Positions 1-8,877 of a DNA stretch of 30,828 bases are shown one piece after another. Below the pieces are notes generated by a model that saw nothing but the letters and a program-made list of their open reading frames with translations, did no database searches and was not told the DNA's origin. The stretch is from Coleofasciculaceae cyanobacterium CTOTU46609 (GTDB lineage: Bacteria > Cyanobacteriota > Cyanobacteriia > Cyanobacteriales > Coleofasciculaceae): contig DALYJE010000026.1 in the NCBI GenBank assembly GCA_031970015.1, positions 1-30,828 of the forward strand, read 5' to 3'. The number at the start of each line of letters is the position of its first letter. The stretch's first letter is position 1. The position numbers and the translations under genes are program-made.

Positions 1-28
1 TGTCGCTAAACCCGCCCCTACAGATATT
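1..28. repeat. 28-bp repeat TGTCGCTAAACCCGCCCCTACAGATATT, identical copy at 13915..13942
   Basis: Exact 28/28 match seen directly. Flanking bases then diverge (ATGGGTG vs TATTGAT). The window starts on the repeat, so it may extend leftwards. Confidence 0.85.
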
Positions 29-302
29 ATGGGTGTTTAACCGGACATGATATCAGCCTCTAACGGACGCGAATGCATCCGCAATAGATGGAAGAAACAC
101 TACTCGCTGAAAAGCTTTAACCATAAGGGTTTCAGAATGTGTTTATTAAGAGTTGAAATGGACTAAAAATCGATAGGGAGTGGTATTGATACGAATACTT
201 GTGCGATCGCCAAAATAATACGAAGTTGCGTTCAAAGAGCTAACTGTCTCTCCCCCAGCTTTATTAACAATACTGTGACTTTGTTTGGGTGAGTAGTTAA
301 TT

Positions 303-329
303 CCCACTTTTCCCACTTTTCCCACTTTT
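303..329. repeat. tandem 9-mer CCCACTTTT x3
   Basis: Three perfect head-to-tail units read in the sequence, upstream of the first RTX gene. Confidence 0.9.
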
Positions 330-358
330 TCCTATAAAAAGTTTCCATTTTTGGAAAA

Positions 359-390
359 TTATAAGAAAATTATGAGAACTTTCTTATAAT
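359..390. promoter_or_regulatory. perfect 10-bp inverted repeat TTATAAGAAA-N12-TTTCTTATAA (candidate operator)
   Basis: The two arms are exact reverse complements. The element abuts the -35 hexamer at 393. Confidence 0.4.
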
Positions 391-392
391 TT

Positions 393-421
393 TTGACAAA
401 TACAATAAATAAAATTTTAAT
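393..421 (+). promoter_or_regulatory. candidate sigma70-type promoter TTGACA-N17-TTTAAT
   Basis: Consensus -35 hexamer, 17-nt A/T spacer and a -10-like hexamer. This would give a 5' UTR of about 160 nt before the ATG at 590. Confidence 0.3.
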
Positions 422-589
422 TAACCTCAACTAACATCATTAAGAACTTCATGAAAAATTCATGAAAAAGTTTTCATAAAAAGCTTGACAAAGCTAATTT
501 AGGAAATCTTTCATAAATGATTTAGGCTGGCTATATTAGTTATCCAGTTAGGAAAGATACACTTATATATTTATCATAAAGATTGCATC

Positions 590-3500
590 ATGCCACAAGA
601 CTTTAGCTTGCAAAATTTAGTAGGACTAGATTTTAGCGGTCAAAATCTGACCGCAGCCAATTTTTTCAAATCCAGGATGGATGACTGCCTACTAATAAAC
701 ACAACCCTGGTAAGAACAAACTTTGAAGAAGCTACTTTACTGAATGTCAATGCAGTAGGTGCTAATTTTAATCAAGCCAATCTGTTTAAAGCTAGCATCA
801 AATCAACCAACCTGGAAAATGCAACTTTTGTTGATGCCATTTTGCGGGAAGCAGATCTGAGTGGCGAACAAGCTGAGTTTGAATCGGACACGATCGAGAT
901 TGTCAACACTGTCCTGCGGAACGCCGATCTGACCCGTGCCGATCTCTCCCTTGCTAAGCTGAAAGCGGCTAACCTTACTAATGCCAAGCTGATAGATGCC
1001 AATCTGCAAGGTGCTGACCTAGAATCGGTTCTTTTCTTCAATACGAACGCGACAGGTGCCGACTTCCGGCTGGCTAACTTCACCGATGTCGATCTTGGCG
1101 GCACGGTTATTTTTGACCTGGCGAATTTCAACGGTATAGCAATTACAGATACAGATCCTGTAATAGATCCCGACACTGGACTGCCAATCTTAACAACAAT
1201 CAGTTTTCGGGGTGCGAATTTAGCGGGAACTAGTCTAGAAGACGTTGTTTTCAGTAATGCTGATTTTCGCCCATTTGATGGTTGGCACAACGGCGTGCAT
1301 GTCATCCAAGCTACGGATTTGACAGGTATGAGTTTACCTGACTCTAACGTCAGTGGCAGTCAATTGAATGGGGCAATTTTGAATAACGTCTTCGGAGAAG
1401 ATCTGAATCTGAATGGCGTTGACTTCAGTCCCTATACTGCTTCTAATGGTCAGGTATTTCGGACTCAGCTAAACAGCGTAAATCTCAATTCTGCTAACTT
1501 CGTTGGAGCCAATCTTACTCAGGTCATAGCAGAAGACGCATATCTCAACGGAGCCGATCTCAGCAATGCCAGCTCAATCAATGCCGATCTCGATAGCGCG
1601 TTTATTCAGAAAAGCAATTTGACAGGAACCAACTTCACAGGAGCTAGCTTAGTTGGCGCTGACTTGAAAGAGGCTGTGGGAAATAACCTGACTAATTTTA
1701 CCAATGCCAACCTGAGTAGCGCGAGCTTGGAAGTTGGGAGCTTCATAGGTGCCAATTTCACCAATGCCAACTTGACTAATGCAATTTTAACCAAAGGTAA
1801 CTTCACCAATGCGACCTTTGTCGGGGCTAACTTGACAGGTGCGATCGCAGTTGATGTCATTGGTCTAACCCTTGGAGATGGCAATAATAACACCATCAAT
1901 GGTACAGCAGGGAAGGATAACATCTTCGGCTTTGGTGGCAGCGACAACCTGAACGGCAATGGGGGGGATGACTATCTTGATGGGGCGGCAGGTAATGATA
2001 CTCTCAACGGCGGGGCAGGCAATGACACCATCCAAGGTGGCACGGGTAACGACACCTATATTGTCAATAGCAGTGGCGACGTAATTATTGAACTTGCCAG
2101 CCAAGGCACTGATACTGTTCAGTCTAGCGCCACTACCTATACCTTAAGCAGCCATGTAGAAAGACTGACTCTTACAGGTACAGCTATAGAGGGTGTTGGC
2201 AACGATCTCGCCAATACGATAACAGGTAACGGCAGCAACAACAACCTCAAGGGAGAAGCAGGCAACGATACTCTCAGTGGTGGTGCTGGTAATGACACCC
2301 TGGATGGTGGCACAGGTAATGACTTGATGAGTGGTGGGACAGGTAACGACACCTATATCATCGATAGCGCTGGGGACGCGATCGCAGAAAGCCTGAACGA
2401 AGGCACTGATACAGTCCGCTCTAGTCTTGCCAGTTATACCCTGGGTGCCAATGTAGAAAACCTAACCTTGATTGGCAGCGCCCAAAATGGCACTGGTAAT
2501 GGAGTTGCTAACGTCATCACGGGCAACGAGAGCAGCAATATTCTTAACGGATTTGGTGGCAACGATACCCTCAGTGGTGGTGCCGGAGATGATACCCTTG
2601 ATGGCGGCGCAGGCAATGATGGGATGAGGGGTGGTTTGGGCAACGACACCTATATTATTGATAGCGCTGGAGATAGCATTACTGAAAATGCTAATGAAGG
2701 CACGGATATAGTGCAATCTAGCCTTGCTAGCTATACCTTAGGCAGCAATTTGGAAAACCTGAGTTTGATTGGCACTGCCCAAAATGGCACAGGTAACGAG
2801 CTTGACAACACCATCACAGGTAATGAGCTGGACAATATCCTCGACGGAGGTAGTGGTAATGATACCCTGATTGGTGGTTTAGGCAACGACACCTATATTA
2901 TTGATAGCGCTGGAGATAGCATTACTGAAAATGCTAATGAAGGCACGGATATAGTGCAATCTAGCCTTGCTAGCTATACCTTAGGCAGCAATTTGGAAAA
3001 CCTGAGTTTGATTGGCACTGCCCAAAATGGCACAGGTAACGAGCTTGACAACACCATCACAGGTAATGAGCTGGACAATATCCTCGACGGAGGTAGTGGT
3101 AATGATACCCTGATTGGTGGTTTAGGCAACGACACCTATATTATTGATAGCGCTGGAGATAGCATTACTGAAAATGCTAATGAAGGCACGGATATAGTGC
3201 AATCTAGCCTTGCTAGCTATACCTTAGGCAGCAATTTGGAAAACCTGAGTTTGATTGGCACTGCCCAAAATGGCACAGGTAACGAGCTTGACAACACCAT
3301 CACAGGTAACGAGCTGGACAATATCCTTGAGGGAGGTAGTGGTAATGATACCCTAATCGGTGGTTTAGGCAATGACACTTACATTATTGATAGCACTGGG
3401 GACGCGATCGCTGAAAACCTTAACGAAGGCACCGATACTATTCTTTCTAGCCTAGAGAGCTACACCTTAGGCAATAACCTGGAAAATCTGGTACTGGTAG

Positions 3501-4099
3501 GCTTGGCTCAAAACGGTACTGGTAACGAACTCGCCAATACCGTGACAGGCAATGAAGGTAATAACAGCCTCAATGGAGGAGGTGGCAATGATATCCTGTT
3601 TGGCAATGCTGGTGCCGATACCCTTACAGGAGCAGCCGGTGCAGATACCCTTGATGGTAGTGAAGGGGATGATAACCTCAACGGTGGTGTAGGAACGGAT
3701 TTGCTCCTAGGTGGTGCAGGCAATGATGTTCTCACTGGTGGTGATAGCAATGACATTTTAGTAGGTGGTATCGGCAATGACACCATTACAGGCGGTGCAG
3801 GCAGCGATACGATTCGCTATGCCAATAGTGATGGCCAAGACAGAATTAACGCATTCACCGCAGGCGTAGGTGGAGACATCCTCTCATTCAGCGGCATGAC
3901 TACTGCGCTTGATGTCCGCCTAGTCACCACAGCCACGGCGGGTACTAATACACAAATCCGAGTCAGCGATGGCATTAGTGGAAACTCAGGTTTTGGACAA
4001 GGGGAATTGTTAATGACTCTGATTGGTGTCGCCTTGACCCAAGCGGATATCACCACCAACGTTGACGCAACTAACAGACCTACTTTCCTGTTCTCCTAA
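590..4099 (+). CDS. Secreted pentapeptide-repeat plus RTX (haemolysin-type Ca-binding) repeat protein. Probable T1SS substrate.
   Basis: The N-terminal ~420 aa show A(D/N)LxxA(N/D)L pentapeptide periodicity. Many GGxGNDxL nonapeptide repeats are interleaved with HCBP-related modules of the form TDTVxSSxxYTLxxNxENLxL. The C-terminal GG(D)xIxxFxxG..D segment is T1SS-target-like. ATG start. Confidence 0.85.
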   Translation: MPQDFSLQNLVGLDFSGQNLTAANFFKSRMDDCLLINTTLVRTNFEEATLLNVNAVGANFNQANLFKASIKSTNLENATFVDAILREADLSGEQAEFESDTIEIVNTVLRNADLTRADLSLAKLKAANLTNAKLIDANLQGADLESVLFFNTNATGADFRLANFTDVDLGGTVIFDLANFNGIAITDTDPVIDPDTGLPILTTISFRGANLAGTSLEDVVFSNADFRPFDGWHNGVHVIQATDLTGMSLPDSNVSGSQLNGAILNNVFGEDLNLNGVDFSPYTASNGQVFRTQLNSVNLNSANFVGANLTQVIAEDAYLNGADLSNASSINADLDSAFIQKSNLTGTNFTGASLVGADLKEAVGNNLTNFTNANLSSASLEVGSFIGANFTNANLTNAILTKGNFTNATFVGANLTGAIAVDVIGLTLGDGNNNTINGTAGKDNIFGFGGSDNLNGNGGDDYLDGAAGNDTLNGGAGNDTIQGGTGNDTYIVNSSGDVIIELASQGTDTVQSSATTYTLSSHVERLTLTGTAIEGVGNDLANTITGNGSNNNLKGEAGNDTLSGGAGNDTLDGGTGNDLMSGGTGNDTYIIDSAGDAIAESLNEGTDTVRSSLASYTLGANVENLTLIGSAQNGTGNGVANVITGNESSNILNGFGGNDTLSGGAGDDTLDGGAGNDGMRGGLGNDTYIIDSAGDSITENANEGTDIVQSSLASYTLGSNLENLSLIGTAQNGTGNELDNTITGNELDNILDGGSGNDTLIGGLGNDTYIIDSAGDSITENANEGTDIVQSSLASYTLGSNLENLSLIGTAQNGTGNELDNTITGNELDNILDGGSGNDTLIGGLGNDTYIIDSAGDSITENANEGTDIVQSSLASYTLGSNLENLSLIGTAQNGTGNELDNTITGNELDNILEGGSGNDTLIGGLGNDTYIIDSTGDAIAENLNEGTDTILSSLESYTLGNNLENLVLVGLAQNGTGNELANTVTGNEGNNSLNGGGGNDILFGNAGADTLTGAAGADTLDGSEGDDNLNGGVGTDLLLGGAGNDVLTGGDSNDILVGGIGNDTITGGAGSDTIRYANSDGQDRINAFTAGVGGDILSFSGMTTALDVRLVTTATAGTNTQIRVSDGISGNSGFGQGELLMTLIGVALTQADITTNVDATNRPTFLFS
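2641..3369 (+). repeat. three near-identical 243-bp (81-aa) tandem modules inside the RTX gene, with more diverged copies from about 2040 to 3600
   Basis: Direct nucleotide comparison: copies at 2641, 2884 and 3127 are identical except for a few bases. The period is 243 bp and in frame. Confidence 0.9.
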
Positions 4100-4102
4100 T
4101 TG

Positions 4103-4119
4103 AAAGCGCGATCGCTTTT
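4103..4119 (+). terminator. weak stem-loop AAAGCG-CGAT-CGCTTTT just after the RTX stop codon
   Basis: 6-bp stem, 4-nt loop and a short T tract. It overlaps a HIP1 site. Weak. Confidence 0.2.
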
Positions 4120-4153
4120 GATGCACTCAATGCGATCGCATCTTGTCAAAGTT

Positions 4154-4171
4154 TGGCAAAACAGTTTGCCA
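4154..4171. promoter_or_regulatory. perfect inverted repeat TGGCAAA-ACAG-TTTGCCA upstream of the second RTX gene
   Basis: 7-bp arms are exact reverse complements. It lies about 145 bp upstream of the ATG at 4315. Confidence 0.3.
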
Positions 4172-4314
4172 TTGATCTGCGTGAGCTACCGCGTAACACA
4201 CCCTACTAATAGAGGCTGTGCGTAAGTCTCAAACAAGTTACAAGCGATCGGATTTGCAGTGCATTACGTACTCTCAGATATCAATCAACTTATCTCAAAA
4301 CAGAGGACTAAATC

Positions 4315-5565
4315 ATGGCTATCAAAAATGGAACAGAACTGCCCGATACTCTTACAGGTACTACGAACGCCGACACGCTGCGTGGTTTTGGCGGCGACGA
4401 CCTACTAAATGGTTTAGGCGGTAATGACCTGCTCCGAGGCGGGAACGATAAAGATACCCTGCTTGGTGGAGGTGGCGCTGACAGGCTCTTTGGGGATGCA
4501 GGCGAGGATTCTTTGTATGGTGAAGCTGGCAATGACACCCTCTATGGCGGGACGAGCCTTAGCGATGTTCTTGATGGCAAAGACCTCCTTGATGGTGGTA
4601 GTGGCAATGACTGGGTATATAGCGGTTTCGAGGATACCGCGATGGGTGGTGCGGGAAATGACACTCTGGTTGGTAGTTTATATAATGATCTGCTATACGG
4701 CGATGATGCAGAGGGTTTCGTTCTGGGTGGTGCTGACTCGCTCGTAGGTGGAGATGGCAATGATACCCTTTACGGCGAAGCTAACGACACCATTAGCGGT
4801 GGCAACGATACCATCTTAGGCGGAGGTGGCGATGACGTTCTCTATGGCTATGCCGGTAATGACTCCCTCGTGGGCGGTGATGGTGTTGATACCCTCGTCG
4901 GTGGCGACGGCAACGACGTTTTAGATGGCGGCGCTGGCTCCAGTACACTGTTGGGCGGCGCTGGCTTAGAAACCATCACGGGTGGTGTTGAAAGTGACTA
5001 CATTGATGGTGGCGAAGGCGTTGACAGCCTTTTAGGTGGCGGTGGTGATGACACCATTTATGGGGATTTCGGAGTAGCAGATTCGTTGTCTGGCAATGAT
5101 GTCCTCAATGGTCAAGCCGGAAATGACATCCTTGATGGCGGCTTTGGTGCCGATCGCATCATCGGAGGCGCTGGCTTTGACATTCTCTATGGTGGTGAAG
5201 ATGGAGAAACCCAAACCGCCCGCGATACGCTGACTGGCGGCGCTGATGCTGACCTATTCCAGTTGGCAAGCACAGACTTTTTGCTAGAGCCTGTTGAGCC
5301 TAGTTTCCCACCAGAACCCGTACCACCAGAACCTGTTGGCGACCTGATTACTGATTTCCAGGATGGGATCGACTTGATCGAGTATGAGTTTGTCAATGAC
5401 TTTAGTGAATTGATTATCATTGGCAACGGTACTTCTAGCGTTACTATCAGCGTTGTGAATCAAGGTATCCCTGGAGAAATACCTGACTACACAGAATTGG
5501 TCGCTCAGTTGAATGGGGCAGGTGGCTCCATCATCACGCTCACAGAAGCAGACTTCCTGATTTAA
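4315..5565 (+). CDS. RTX/haemolysin-type calcium-binding repeat protein
   Basis: GGxG(N/D)DxL repeats run through most of its length. A proline-rich linker PEPVPPEPV precedes a C-terminal domain. GAGGA lies 9 nt before the ATG. Confidence 0.85.
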   Translation: MAIKNGTELPDTLTGTTNADTLRGFGGDDLLNGLGGNDLLRGGNDKDTLLGGGGADRLFGDAGEDSLYGEAGNDTLYGGTSLSDVLDGKDLLDGGSGNDWVYSGFEDTAMGGAGNDTLVGSLYNDLLYGDDAEGFVLGGADSLVGGDGNDTLYGEANDTISGGNDTILGGGGDDVLYGYAGNDSLVGGDGVDTLVGGDGNDVLDGGAGSSTLLGGAGLETITGGVESDYIDGGEGVDSLLGGGGDDTIYGDFGVADSLSGNDVLNGQAGNDILDGGFGADRIIGGAGFDILYGGEDGETQTARDTLTGGADADLFQLASTDFLLEPVEPSFPPEPVPPEPVGDLITDFQDGIDLIEYEFVNDFSELIIIGNGTSSVTISVVNQGIPGEIPDYTELVAQLNGAGGSIITLTEADFLI

Positions 5566-5573
5566 GAAATGGC

Positions 5574-5599
5574 TGTGTACCTGGGTCAACCAGATACAC
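5574..5599 (+). other. stem-loop TGTGTACCTGG-GTCAA-CCAGATACAC (one mismatch)
   Basis: Seen in sequence just after the stop at 5565. No U tract follows. Confidence 0.3.
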
Positions 5600-5646
5600 G
5601 CATCTGATGCTAAATTTGGTTGTGAAATCTTGCATTCTGTTCATCT

Positions 5647-5676
5647 CCTGCTGTCTCTGGGCAAAGAGACGGCAGG
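5647..5676 (+). other. stem-loop CCTGCTGTCTCT-GGGCAA-AGAGACGGCAGG (12-bp stem, one mismatch)
   Basis: Seen in sequence 25 nt upstream of the ATG at 5701. A regulatory or processing hairpin is possible. Confidence 0.3.
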
Positions 5677-5700
5677 AAATTAGTACTAAAATAACGAAGG

Positions 5701-7956
5701 ATGCGTATTCTATTTTTACATCCTAATTTTCCTGCCCAATTCCGTCATCTGGCTGCGGCGCTCGCCAACGATAAACGTCACCAAGTAGTATTCGGCACTA
5801 CCCGTCGCGAAGGTCATCTACCCGGTGTCACCAAGATGATTTATAGCCCAAAACGAGAAGCTCGACCGGAAACTCACCACTATGTCCGTCCCCTAGAAAA
5901 CGCCGTAATTCAAGGTCAGGCTGTCTATCGCATGGCAGAGCAACTGAAGGCACGCGGATTTGTTCCCGATGTCGTCTATGGACATTCGGGTTGGGGGCCA
6001 ACTTTATTAATGAAAGATATATTTCCAAAAGCTAAATTACTGTGCTATTTTGAATGGTTTTATCATGCTCATGGCTCTGATGCTGACTTTGACCCAACTG
6101 AACAGCTAAGTGCTGACGATGAAGCCCGGATTCGGCTGAAAAATGCGCCGATTTTGATGGATTTATATAGTTGCGATCGCGGCCTTTCTCCCACCCACTG
6201 GCAGCGCCAGCAATTTCCAGTAGAAAATCAAAGTAAAATTACGGTACTTCATGATGGCATTGATACCAACTTCTTTAGCCCCAAGCCAGGAGCTAAGTTG
6301 GTTCTGCGCCAAATCAATCTAGACCTATCTCATGTGGCAGAACTCGTTACCTATGTAGGTCGAGGCATGGAACCTTACCGGGGTTTTCCGCAATTTATTG
6401 AAGCAATCTACTTACTTCAACAGCGCCGACCCCAATGTCATGTTGTCATTGTTGGGGAAGATCGAGTTGCTTATGGGAAGTCTCTGCCAGATGGCAAAAC
6501 CTATAAGCAGTTGATGTTAGAAAAATTCCCCTTAGACTTGTCTAGAGTTCACTTTACAGGACATCTCCCTTACGAAGAATATCTACAAGTTCTGCAAGCT
6601 TCTTCTGTCCATATTTATTTGACTCGCCCCTTTGTTTTATCCTGGTCAATGTTGGAAGCTTTATCTACAGGTTGTTTGATTGTGGGTTCCAACACAGCCC
6701 CAGTAACTGAGGTCATCCAAGATGGGGTAAACGGTCTCATCGCAGAGTTCTTTTCACCAGCAGAAATTGCCGATCGAATTGAGGAAGCGTTGAATCATCC
6801 CGATCGCATGAATCAAATCCGCACGCAAGCAAGGCAAATTATTCAGGAACGTTACGATCTGTCGCTGTTACTGCCCCAGCACTTACAGTGGATTCAGCAG
6901 GATATCGGCGATAGTCAGATTCTGCTATGGCAGGGAACTCAGTCAAAGTCAGCCACTATCATCCCAGCCAACGAACCGCATGGGAAAGATCAAGAGTCGG
7001 AACGCTCATCCACGCCAGAGCTAGTTCCGATCGCTCAGGGGAACGAGTCAAATGGCATTCCTAAAGCCAACAAGGCTTCAGTTAAACCAAAGCAAGTTGC
7101 GATCGCTCAGGGTTTTGGCTCAAAAGGAAAACCTAAAAGCACGAAGCATTCACCTACACCAAACCTAGCCGCTACTACCAATAGTTTCAGCTCGAAGGGA
7201 AAATCCAAAGATCAGGAACAGCCATCTGCAACAGATTCAGGTATCTTACAAATTTGCGATCGCACCGTGACGGGGACTGAACTGGTTGTTCTGCTGAATC
7301 AATACCAACTGCTGCCAAAGCTTCAGCAAGAGATCGTAATTGAGGATGCGATCGCGCCCTTTAGCTGCACCCTGGAAGAGAAAGTCCAGTGCTGCCAGGA
7401 CTTCTACGATCGGCATCAGTTGACATCCGACACGGTACGTCAAACCTGGTTGCAGCAGCAGAGCATGACAGAAGCCCAATTAATCAACCTGGCAACCCGG
7501 CAACTGAGAATTGAAAAGTTTAAAGAAGCCACCTGGGGTAGCGAATTGGAAACCTACTTTCTCAAGCGCAAGTGCCAACTCGACCAATTCGTCTACTCCC
7601 TAATTCGTCTTCGGGATGCTGAAACTGCCCAGGAAATTTACTGCCGCTTGCAAGAAGGGGAACAGCCTTTTGCTGAATTGGCACAGCAATATTCCCAGGG
7701 TGTAGAAGCTAAGACGGGTGGCTTAATTGGTCCAGTGGGATTGAGTAACGCTCATCCTCAACTCGCCCAACTCATCAGAACCAGCCAACCAGGGCAGCTA
7801 TTGCCTCCTATTGCCATCGCAGATTTGTGGGTGATTGTGCGGTTAGAAAAGTTTTTGCCTGCTCAACTAGATGAACTAATGCGGCAGCAGTTACTCAACG
7901 AACTATTCGCTAACTGGCTCAAGGAACAACTTCAAAAACCTGCAATATCATTATAA
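5701..7956 (+). CDS. GT4-family (group 1) glycosyltransferase fused through a disordered S/K/P linker to a SurA-N-like plus parvulin-like (PpiC) domain
   Basis: The N-terminal half has the GT-B retaining-GT pattern, including an EX7E-like segment SWSMLEALSTGCLIVGS...TEV. The C-terminus, FAELAQQYSQ...TGGLIGPV...LWVIVRLEK, matches parvulin topology but lacks the catalytic His pair. Confidence 0.75.
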   Translation: MRILFLHPNFPAQFRHLAAALANDKRHQVVFGTTRREGHLPGVTKMIYSPKREARPETHHYVRPLENAVIQGQAVYRMAEQLKARGFVPDVVYGHSGWGPTLLMKDIFPKAKLLCYFEWFYHAHGSDADFDPTEQLSADDEARIRLKNAPILMDLYSCDRGLSPTHWQRQQFPVENQSKITVLHDGIDTNFFSPKPGAKLVLRQINLDLSHVAELVTYVGRGMEPYRGFPQFIEAIYLLQQRRPQCHVVIVGEDRVAYGKSLPDGKTYKQLMLEKFPLDLSRVHFTGHLPYEEYLQVLQASSVHIYLTRPFVLSWSMLEALSTGCLIVGSNTAPVTEVIQDGVNGLIAEFFSPAEIADRIEEALNHPDRMNQIRTQARQIIQERYDLSLLLPQHLQWIQQDIGDSQILLWQGTQSKSATIIPANEPHGKDQESERSSTPELVPIAQGNESNGIPKANKASVKPKQVAIAQGFGSKGKPKSTKHSPTPNLAATTNSFSSKGKSKDQEQPSATDSGILQICDRTVTGTELVVLLNQYQLLPKLQQEIVIEDAIAPFSCTLEEKVQCCQDFYDRHQLTSDTVRQTWLQQQSMTEAQLINLATRQLRIEKFKEATWGSELETYFLKRKCQLDQFVYSLIRLRDAETAQEIYCRLQEGEQPFAELAQQYSQGVEAKTGGLIGPVGLSNAHPQLAQLIRTSQPGQLLPPIAIADLWVIVRLEKFLPAQLDELMRQQLLNELFANWLKEQLQKPAISL

Positions 7957-7959
7957 TCA

Positions 7960-8826
7960 ATGCGAATTCTAATTACAATCCCCCACTTTTTTAAACCGAA
8001 AGACAATAGTAGGCACGGTTCCCAACGCAAAGACCCTCAGTCCCGCCTAGAAGCATTAAGTAAAAGCCTTGCTGCCTTACACCAGCTATTTGGTAAATCT
8101 CAGAGTATTATCAATATCAATCAGCGATTAGCTTTTCCGGTTAACCAGCCCCAGGCTCACGAGCTAGATATCGTCATCTGTACAACTAGAGACTGTCATC
8201 TGCTAAATCAACTTTCCTTACCCGCTCATTTCTATCAGCATTATCCCACTCAGGTAGAACCTTTGTTCCTGGGGTTTGAATGCCAAGCAATCTTGCGGGA
8301 TTGTCTCGAACAGTATGATTATTATTGCTTCCTCGAAGATGATCTGATCCTCCACGATCCCTGGTTTTTTAATAAATTAAGCTGGTTTACCAAGGAGGCA
8401 GGAGATCTGTGCTTGCTCCAACCTAATCGTTATGAAATCTCCACCTATGCTCTCACCTGTAAAGCCTACGTTGACGGCGATTTAGCTTCACGAGTCACCG
8501 AGCGCTTTCAAAATGTAAAAGAGCGATCGCAACTACAAAGCAACATTATGGGGGTTCCTATCACCTTCCAACGCGCTCTCAATCCTCATTCTGGTTGCTA
8601 CTTTTTGAATGCCAATCAGATAGCTCATTGGGCGCAGCAATCTCACTTTCTTGATCGCGATACCAGTTTTGTTAGCCCGCTGGAAAGTGCTGCCACTTTG
8701 GGAATTATGAAGACATTCCTAGTCTACAAATCAGTACCGCAACAGGCAAGCTTTTTGGAAATCCAGCACTATGGAACGAGATTTTTAGATCTTATTGGGG
8801 AACAGGTAGATTTAGCAATATGCTAA
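7960..8826 (+). CDS. hypothetical protein (possible DxD-type glycosyltransferase-like), 3 nt after the GT-parvulin gene
   Basis: Clean 288-aa ORF with an ATG start. It shares the N-terminal MRIL...P(N/H)F motif with the upstream gene. It contains a LEDDLILHD acidic motif. No confident family assignment. Confidence 0.55.
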   Translation: MRILITIPHFFKPKDNSRHGSQRKDPQSRLEALSKSLAALHQLFGKSQSIININQRLAFPVNQPQAHELDIVICTTRDCHLLNQLSLPAHFYQHYPTQVEPLFLGFECQAILRDCLEQYDYYCFLEDDLILHDPWFFNKLSWFTKEAGDLCLLQPNRYEISTYALTCKAYVDGDLASRVTERFQNVKERSQLQSNIMGVPITFQRALNPHSGCYFLNANQIAHWAQQSHFLDRDTSFVSPLESAATLGIMKTFLVYKSVPQQASFLEIQHYGTRFLDLIGEQVDLAIC

Positions 8827-8877
8827 GCCTGGTCTTAGGTAGTAAATTATCAATGGGTAATGGGAATTAAAGAACAA

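Noticed and set aside
2641-3369. Regular 243-bp repeats considered as a CRISPR-like array
   Set aside because: Units are contiguous with no unique spacers. They are in frame within a long ORF and far longer than CRISPR repeats.
772-5214. Many antisense or overlapping ORFs inside the two RTX genes (for example 772..1305-, 1606..1959-, 2137..2352-, 2434..2649-, 3508..3786-, 4308..4538-, 4424..4747+, 4542..4760-)
   Set aside because: Their P/S/L/V-rich translations are what the opposite strand and shifted frames of GGxGNDxL repeat DNA produce. They are fully nested in strongly supported genes.
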